Shown here piece by piece: positions 57,339-64,000 of a stretch of DNA of 64,000 bases. Source of the DNA: Promethearchaeota archaeon (GTDB lineage: Archaea > Asgardarchaeota > Hermodarchaeia > Hermodarchaeales > Hermodarchaeaceae); NCBI GenBank assembly GCA_048939625.1, contig JBHLPH010000008.1, positions 23,212 through 87,211 of the forward strand, written 5' to 3'. How positions within the stretch are numbered: position 1 is the first letter of the stretch; the number at the start of each line of letters is the position of its first letter. The translations under genes and the position numbers were made by a program. The notes below the pieces were generated by a model. The model did not search any database and was not told where the DNA came from. It was given only the letters and a program-made list of their open reading frames with translations.

Positions 57339-58871
57339 ATGCGGGAAAAATACATCATGGCGTGTGATTTGGGTACAAGTGCAACCAAATCCAGTATTAT
57401 CGATATGGGAGGGTGTGTGCAAGGAACAGCACAGCAAACATATCACGTCGAATATCCTAAGGAACGATGGGCGGAACAGGATCCCGCAGTTTACTGGGAT
57501 GCAATCACGACCACTACTCGTGAAATCATCAACCAAACTAAAATCGATCCCCAAAAAATCAAAGCGTTTACCGTAGACGCAATGATGGCTTCCGTTATTC
57601 CCGTGGATGCAAAGGGGCGGCCCCTTCGAAAAACCATCTTGTGGCTAGATGTACGTTCAGTTGATTATGTGACTCCTCTAATGAACCAATTTTCAATTCC
57701 AGATATGTTAGCAAAGAACATCATTCCTGTTGTCTCTGCCAAAGATCCGCTCCCTAAGGTATTGTGGGTAAAAGAAGAAGAACCCCATATTTTTAAAAAA
57801 GCTGCCAAGTTTGTTGATGTTAAAGATTGGATCCTGTTCCAATGTGGCATAGGTGACTTCTATACCGATTGGAGTCATGCCTGTTTGTGGAATTATTTCC
57901 GTGTCGATAACCACACACCAGAATGGGAAATTGTCGAGGAGGGATTAGGACTTTCGAAGGATCATTTCTCAACTATTTCGAAAACCACCGATATCCTTGG
58001 CACCCTTTCACCGGAGGCAGCCAAGCAATTAGGATTGACACCTGAGACACAAGTTGTCTGTGGTTGTGGAGATATGGTGGCCGTTCCGATTGGATCTGGA
58101 GCTCTTAAACCCAAGGAACCTCACTTGTATATAGGCTCCTCCGGCTGGATTGCTCAGCATCAAGACGAACCTCAATTCGATCTCGCAGGGGCTGGAACAG
58201 TCGAAAGTGCTATTCCTGGGAGATTATTGCTCACTGGGCACATGGAGAGTGCAGGCTCGTGCTTGGCGTGGTTAGTCGATAATGTGTGTACGTCTGAAAT
58301 CGAAGAAGCCACTACTAAAGATTGTGATGTGTATGACCTTGTAACCGAGAAAGCATCACAAGTTCCTCCTGGCAGTCGGAACCTCCTGTATCTTCCATGG
58401 CCGATTGGTGAACGATGTCCTTTCATCAATCCCTTTGTGCGCAGTGCTTTTCTGAATCTGAGTTTTGATCACAACCGTGCCCACATGGTTAGAGCAGTCC
58501 TCGAAGGTGTAGCCTATAACACCCGGTGGGTCAAAGAAATCCTAGAAGGGATGGGACACACGATAACCAAACTGAATATGTGTGGAGGTGGGGCAAAAAG
58601 TGATCTGTGGATGCAAATCTTCGCTGATATTCTGAACATTCCTCTAAGACGGGTTACGACCTTACAAGATGCTGGAACCGTTGGCGTTGCCCTTGTTGCG
58701 GCTGTCGCATTAGGGGAATTCAAATCCTTTACTGACCTCGAGCGCATCTTCACATACGATCGTGAAGTTGAACCAGTACCGGAACAAGTCGCGACATATG
58801 ATAAACTCTACAAAGCGTTTCGTGATATCTTCGACCAGTTCAGTGGAGTCTGTTACCAACTCAACACCTAA
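57339..58871 (+). CDS. FGGY-family carbohydrate kinase (xylulokinase-like)
   Basis: DLGTS, AEQDP, WLDVRS, GERCP, RAVLEGVA, GGGAKS; ATG 57339 with GGGGAG SD. Confidence 0.92.
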   Translation: MREKYIMACDLGTSATKSSIIDMGGCVQGTAQQTYHVEYPKERWAEQDPAVYWDAITTTTREIINQTKIDPQKIKAFTVDAMMASVIPVDAKGRPLRKTILWLDVRSVDYVTPLMNQFSIPDMLAKNIIPVVSAKDPLPKVLWVKEEEPHIFKKAAKFVDVKDWILFQCGIGDFYTDWSHACLWNYFRVDNHTPEWEIVEEGLGLSKDHFSTISKTTDILGTLSPEAAKQLGLTPETQVVCGCGDMVAVPIGSGALKPKEPHLYIGSSGWIAQHQDEPQFDLAGAGTVESAIPGRLLLTGHMESAGSCLAWLVDNVCTSEIEEATTKDCDVYDLVTEKASQVPPGSRNLLYLPWPIGERCPFINPFVRSAFLNLSFDHNRAHMVRAVLEGVAYNTRWVKEILEGMGHTITKLNMCGGGAKSDLWMQIFADILNIPLRRVTTLQDAGTVGVALVAAVALGEFKSFTDLERIFTYDREVEPVPEQVATYDKLYKAFRDIFDQFSGVCYQLNT

Positions 58872-58971
58872 ACTTTCTACTAAACCATTATAGGCGTGGA
58901 TTAGGAACCAAAGGTAATCCATCCACGCTACTTTTATCCACAAGGCGCTCTGCATAAAGCGGCGCATTATT

Positions 58972-60759
58972 ATGACGATTACAGGTGAGGCATGGGACCT
59001 AAGTCCAATGGTGCCCTCAACGGATTTAAACCAACTCAAAAAACAGATGGAACAATCTGTCAAAGAAGCTCAAGAACTAGTTAAACAATACAAGGGAAAA
59101 ATTGGTTCCCTGGATGCAAAGGGGCTAAAACAATTCCTTGACCAAACCCAAGAACACTACCTACGACAAGAGGGAGTGTTTAAGTATTCTCGGTTATTGT
59201 ATTCCGCGAATTCTCTCGAGGATACTGCCAAAAAAGCTGCTGATCAAGCACGCCGGATGGGTATGCAAATTGCTCAGCTTCTTGCATTTACCGAAATCGA
59301 ACTGTCTCAACTAGTTGCTAAGAAACCCGAACTCATCGAACACCCTGACCTCGCTGAGTATAAACATGCCTTGGAAATTGCCCTTCGCCGGGCTCCACAT
59401 TGCCTCAGTGATGCTGAAGAACAACTCATCATTCAAAAAGACCGATTTGGCATTAACTCCTGGTCCCAATTACAAGCCGATTGGCTCTCAACACGACTCT
59501 TTGAAATCGAGATTGAAGGCAAAACCAAAATCATGCCGTTCACAGAAATCATTGCTTTGTTTGAACATCCTAATCGCGATGTTCGAAAAGCTGCAAAAAG
59601 TATCATTTGGACTGCTCTTGGCGGAGATGAAATTTTATGGTCTAGTGGGATTCGGGCGATTATCGGGGATCACGTGGAAATGAGTAAAAAACGCAATTGG
59701 CCGTCTCCTCGAACTCAGAGCCTGATTGATAATGATATAGATGAAGAAACTCTCGATTCCCTCATGACTTCCGTAGCCAACCATGCCTCGCTCTTTCAGC
59801 AATACTTGAAACAGAAAGCCAAAATTATGGGTTTACCCAAACTGGGTGAATGGGACGTTGTGGCTCCATTACCCAATATGCCAGACCGAAGCTTTGACTG
59901 GAAGCAAGCTCGCCAAATCGCAATTGATACCTACAACGGTTTCGATCCTAAACTCGCTAATATTGTTGAAACCATGTTCGGTTCTAAACACATTGATGGA
60001 GAAGTACGAAAAGGGAAACGACAGGGTGCTTTCTGTTCGTCATGGCTGTCTGGGAATTCTGCCTTCATCCTTATGAGTTATAACGGTCGCCTCGGTGAAG
60101 TTTTCACTCTGGTTCATGAAAATGGACACGCAGTGCACAGTGTCCTAATGTCCTCTCATTTGAAACCCATCAATATGGATATTGGTATGTGCATCGCTGA
60201 AATTGGCAGTATCTTTGGTGAACTATTGTTAGCCGACAAATTAATCGCCGAAGCGAAAACCAAAGAAGAAAAAATCGAAGTTTTGGCAAAAATCCTGGAC
60301 GAATTTGGGCAAACGGTCTTTCAAGTATCTGCCCGCTATTTCTTTGAAATGGACTTATACGATGCCTTTGAACGAGGCGAGTATCTTGATGGGGAAACTA
60401 TTTCAAAATACTGGGTTAAAGGACGCGATCAAATGTTTGATGATGCCGTTGAATGGCTACCCGAAAGCAAATGGGAGTGGACTTTCAAACAACACTATTA
60501 CATCCCCCGGTTCCGACTCTATAACTACCCCTATGTCTTTGCGAATCTGTTTGTGTATGCACTTTATCGGATGTACAAAGAAGAAGGGAAAGAGTTTGTA
60601 CCGAAGCTCCGGCGGTTACTGTCCGCTGGGAGCACAAGTTCGCCAAGGGAATTAGCGGCTGAGCTAGGCTTTGATATTTCGAGGGAAGCTTTCTGGGCCC
60701 TTGGAATGAAACAGGCTGAGGAGTTCATCTCTCAACTCGAAGATCTTCTGAAAACCTAG
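58972..60759 (+). CDS. pepF: M3B oligoendopeptidase F
   Basis: WDL N-terminus, GKRQGAFC, HENGHAVH, AEIGS, HYY, YNYPY. Confidence 0.93.
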   Translation: MTITGEAWDLSPMVPSTDLNQLKKQMEQSVKEAQELVKQYKGKIGSLDAKGLKQFLDQTQEHYLRQEGVFKYSRLLYSANSLEDTAKKAADQARRMGMQIAQLLAFTEIELSQLVAKKPELIEHPDLAEYKHALEIALRRAPHCLSDAEEQLIIQKDRFGINSWSQLQADWLSTRLFEIEIEGKTKIMPFTEIIALFEHPNRDVRKAAKSIIWTALGGDEILWSSGIRAIIGDHVEMSKKRNWPSPRTQSLIDNDIDEETLDSLMTSVANHASLFQQYLKQKAKIMGLPKLGEWDVVAPLPNMPDRSFDWKQARQIAIDTYNGFDPKLANIVETMFGSKHIDGEVRKGKRQGAFCSSWLSGNSAFILMSYNGRLGEVFTLVHENGHAVHSVLMSSHLKPINMDIGMCIAEIGSIFGELLLADKLIAEAKTKEEKIEVLAKILDEFGQTVFQVSARYFFEMDLYDAFERGEYLDGETISKYWVKGRDQMFDDAVEWLPESKWEWTFKQHYYIPRFRLYNYPYVFANLFVYALYRMYKEEGKEFVPKLRRLLSAGSTSSPRELAAELGFDISREAFWALGMKQAEEFISQLEDLLKT

Positions 60760-62714
60760 TTCGACACTTCATCTGACGACTCTTCAAAAGTTTCTCCACA
60801 ATTAGGGCAAAATTTAGCATCTGCAGGGAGCATTGCCTCACACTTGCTACATTTAGCCTGGGCTGGAGTTGTTCCCGATTCCAGCGATGCCTCCTGCTGT
60901 ATCCGTTTTGCCATGCGTCTTAACCGATAACGTTCAATAGCACGTTGGATGCGATTCCAATTCCGCCAAATACTGACGAGGATGACCGCAACAATGCATA
61001 TGATGGCGATGATGATTCCGATTTGAAGAACAATTGTAGCTGGATTGATGGGCGTATTGGGTCTGATTTGCACTTCAAAGACTCCCAATCCTGAAGAAAT
61101 TTCGGAACGGTCGGTTGAATATACCCGTAAATAGTAGATTAGGCCAGGAACTAAAGCCCATTGGACCGTTTCTTCTGATGTTAATCCAACGGATCGTGTC
61201 AACACGTTCCAGTTACTATCATAGAGGTAGAGGTCAAAGTCGTTATCCCCCGGTTGATAGGCTGATGTCACTATTACATGTTCAGCAGCGATTTCGGGTG
61301 TAAAGCGATAATAAACCGAATCTCCCTTCCCATCAAGATATCCTGCAAAAGGACCAAGGGATAGTGTGAGAATGGTAGTTTCTTGTGTCTCTCCAATAGT
61401 TAAGAACTTGGTGAGGAAATCATCATATGCAGTATCATTTCGCAGCGAGAGGAAAACTGGGTCATAATAATCAAAGTTTATGCCTAAACCTGAGGCTCCA
61501 GGAGCTCCTGAGAGGTGCTTATGATACAGAACGGCTTCTTGGACACTGAGGCTGAGGTTACCCGCATAATTCTTGAACTCTGAATTTAGAACTTGAGTGT
61601 GAAGTTGATGTGCAAATTCTCCTAAATCGATGTAATGGGGGACGATAAATTGCTGGGTGAGTCCTCTCGCCTTACTAATGGCTGAGTAAAAATAATGGGC
61701 GTTATAGCTTGAATTTAGCCAAAAGATGGTATTTCGAAAGAAGGTGAAAACTCGATTTATTTGAGATGTATTAATCACTGATAGACACAGAGTGGAAGGA
61801 GGTGGGGAGAATGCAGAATAATAAATTCCGCCCGGTGAATAGGCTTCGGCGTACCGATCCACAATCTCAATAGCTAGAGACTGGGGGCTCGAATCCTCAA
61901 TGAGCGTGAGACTAAGAAGAAAAGATTGGTATGGGAAATGCTGGGAAGGCACAGTTTCTTCCGAGAATACAATGAAGTCGGTACCCTCCCGTATTTCATA
62001 TGTGAGTTCAAGTTGACCCATGAAAGAGGCATCAAAAGCTGTGATGGCGATTGGGTCAATTGTTTCATTATTCAAAACAAGTGCTATCTCTTGGGGAAGG
62101 AGCCGGTCACCCCCACTAGTTTCATCATAGCAAACACCAGGGTAACCTGTTCCTTTGTCCCATAATATCAGTAGATAATTTTCTGCTTGTGAAATATTCT
62201 GTCCAAATTGAATAAATGCCAGGAGGGTTGCTGGGTCACCCATATTTGGTTCTAAAGGCAACGATGTATTCAGTGGTTCAGAGATTATCGTTTGGTTTGC
62301 AGGATCCTGCTTCGTGATGTTAAAAGTGTAGGCGAATTGTTCATGAGTTGTGGTGTTGGAACGAAAATCAACATAGACGATGATATTCACCTGTTGCGTC
62401 GAACCAACAATTTCCATTTCGTTGATGTTTTGCACTGCCTCGACTTCTTCTTCGTTATCGGCTGCCATATATACAAGGACCGTCCAGTTTCGTGGAGCGT
62501 TTCCGTTTGCCTTTCGATCATGGAGCATTGCATGAGCGGGTGGAATGTCCCCAGGCAAGTCATGGGCGCGCTCATAGTTAATAGGGGAATTTTGGGTGGA
62601 AGTTGGGAGGGGCATATTAGGACTTAGAAACGTTGGGCTGCAAAAGAGTGAGAGAATCAAAAGGCAAAGTAGGAACCGCGCCCCTTTCATATGACGTACC
62701 CTCTTATGCTCCAA
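60756..62714 (-). CDS. Clostripain (C11)-fold membrane protein, catalytic dyad substituted; PPC-like domain, TM, cytoplasmic Zn ribbon
   Basis: WTVLVYMAADN, EPNMGDP, WDKGTG (canonical HG), FDASFM (canonical FDAC), DFDLYLYD, CSKC..CPNCG. Confidence 0.85.
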   Translation of the reverse strand: MEHKRVRHMKGARFLLCLLILSLFCSPTFLSPNMPLPTSTQNSPINYERAHDLPGDIPPAHAMLHDRKANGNAPRNWTVLVYMAADNEEEVEAVQNINEMEIVGSTQQVNIIVYVDFRSNTTTHEQFAYTFNITKQDPANQTIISEPLNTSLPLEPNMGDPATLLAFIQFGQNISQAENYLLILWDKGTGYPGVCYDETSGGDRLLPQEIALVLNNETIDPIAITAFDASFMGQLELTYEIREGTDFIVFSEETVPSQHFPYQSFLLSLTLIEDSSPQSLAIEIVDRYAEAYSPGGIYYSAFSPPPSTLCLSVINTSQINRVFTFFRNTIFWLNSSYNAHYFYSAISKARGLTQQFIVPHYIDLGEFAHQLHTQVLNSEFKNYAGNLSLSVQEAVLYHKHLSGAPGASGLGINFDYYDPVFLSLRNDTAYDDFLTKFLTIGETQETTILTLSLGPFAGYLDGKGDSVYYRFTPEIAAEHVIVTSAYQPGDNDFDLYLYDSNWNVLTRSVGLTSEETVQWALVPGLIYYLRVYSTDRSEISSGLGVFEVQIRPNTPINPATIVLQIGIIIAIICIVAVILVSIWRNWNRIQRAIERYRLRRMAKRIQQEASLESGTTPAQAKCSKCEAMLPADAKFCPNCGETFEESSDEVSN

Positions 62715-62864
62715 GTAGGGTTTTCCCCAATAAAGTTTTGAGTGGATAAGGTTCTTATTTGGTGAACTCCCGAGAGCTTTCTATACAACACTTGAAGAGT
62801 TGAGGTATAAAATATTAACCTACTTCAAGCGTCGAGATTCTGACAAAGTGGCATCTCTTGGAGG

Positions 62865-63791
62865 ATGAAAATTATGCAATCAGACCCCTTTACTAATTTC
62901 TTAACATTTCTCTTCTTAAACTGGCTCCAGATTCTTAGTTTGGGAATTCTTTGGATTACTTTGGTAATTGTGTATTGGCTACTTCGAAACGTATTGCGAA
63001 GAGGAGTTCGAAAATCTGGAGCCCAACCAACTGTTCTCAGAGGTTTAATGGTTGCCCTTGCTCTCATCTTTGTTTATATTGCTTTAAACGGATTATTCAT
63101 TTTTCTTCCCGATATCTATGGCCAATTTAGCGTCATTTTAGGAACCAGTGCACTTATTATTGGAGCTGCAGTGGGTATTGCTATAGGTCAAGCAGCTCAG
63201 AATTTCGTCTCAGGATTATATGTCCTTTTCACCCAGCCCTTTCGTATTGGGGATTTAGTACGAGTGGGTGCTGTGGAGGGAATTGTGCAAGAGATCAGTA
63301 CGAATTATACAAAGATTTTAGAGATGACAAGCGGAAATTCGGTGAAAATTCCGAATGTTACTGTTCTCAATTCACAGGTCATTAGTTTCCGATTAACGAA
63401 AGAAGATCTAGATGAAGTCCAAGCAGAACTGGAAGCAGGGGGAGCAGAACTATTTCAAAAGGTCAAAAGCGCATTAGAGGAGAAATCACTAGTGCGATTC
63501 ACCTTAAATCTTAATTTGAGCCCTCGAAACCGTGATCCCCGGCCTCTGCGACTTGCATTTGACGAAGTCTGTAGGCAGTGGACTAATACATTCGGTTTTC
63601 AACCATTACATCTAATCGGGGAGAGTCAGTCCCAAGGCGGCGCGCTTCTTTATCAGTTCTCTATTTATGCCAAGGAACCGAGGACAATTTTCAAGTATCG
63701 ATCGAACTTCATGGATGATATCCTTGATGCAGCAGCTCAGACCCAAGAGGATTTAGGGAAACAGACAGATAAGAAACGAGGATCCAAGTAG
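62865..63791 (+). CDS. MscS-family mechanosensitive channel domain protein
   Basis: 3 TM, NFVSGL..PFRIGDLV, GIVQEI..YTKI, IPN. Confidence 0.88.
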   Translation: MKIMQSDPFTNFLTFLFLNWLQILSLGILWITLVIVYWLLRNVLRRGVRKSGAQPTVLRGLMVALALIFVYIALNGLFIFLPDIYGQFSVILGTSALIIGAAVGIAIGQAAQNFVSGLYVLFTQPFRIGDLVRVGAVEGIVQEISTNYTKILEMTSGNSVKIPNVTVLNSQVISFRLTKEDLDEVQAELEAGGAELFQKVKSALEEKSLVRFTLNLNLSPRNRDPRPLRLAFDEVCRQWTNTFGFQPLHLIGESQSQGGALLYQFSIYAKEPRTIFKYRSNFMDDILDAAAQTQEDLGKQTDKKRGSK

Positions 63792-64000
63792 GAAGCGCTA
63801 AGTAAGGACTAATCCTCTTTATTCGACCAATATTTCCGTAAAGCCTTTAGAGAACTCCCAATCCTTATTGGTAATATTCAGGTGTAGGATAACAGAATAA
63901 ACTAATCCAACGACCTGTTTTGTCCCAATAAACTTATCCAAATTTACGAAGGAAATTTGTTCAAAGCTGATATGTATTAAGCTTTAAAAGCTGAGATTCC

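Noticed and set aside
63820-64000. Partial minus-strand CDS at the right edge
   Set aside because: All three frames contain stops near the edge; no supportable call
1-64000. tRNA, rRNA, IS elements, integrase
   Set aside because: No cloverleaf, rRNA-like sequence, transposase or recombinase motifs recognised by eye; tRNAscan-SE and Infernal would be needed to exclude small RNAs

Overview
Gene-dense chromosomal window from an archaeon (TFB, archaeal-type ProRS, G1P dehydrogenase EgsA), almost certainly an Asgard archaeon. The Asgard call rests on four eukaryotic-signature-type genes (two-domain gelsolin, Sec23/Sec24-like Zn-finger/vWA protein, longin-fused small GTPase, longin-roadblock-winged-helix protein) and an IPGF-type C-terminal sorting signal. 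Metabolic content: a corrinoid methyltransferase module (MttB-family, corrinoid protein, MtaA-family) linked to a cysteine-synthase-like gene, threonine catabolism (tdh, kbl), peptide scavenging (C25, M32, M3B, OPT transporter), phosphate uptake and redox proteins. I recognised no rRNA, tRNA, CRISPR array or intact transposase. Most notable unexplained structures: (1) a MinD-like ATPase next to an NPRL2-like longin-roadblock-wH protein; (2) an unannotated array of small ORFs at 15.6-16.7 kb with SD sites and shared motifs, tied by a repeated operator-like sequence to a wHTH regulator and an Fe-S protein; (3) an equal-length paralogous coiled-coil/winged-helix pair; (4) a clostripain-fold membrane protein lacking both catalytic residues; (5) a nuclease + tandem paralog + RHH cassette beside a decayed IOR/ACD locus; (6) an ~86% AT island. 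All family calls come from motif recognition by eye; no database searches were run.
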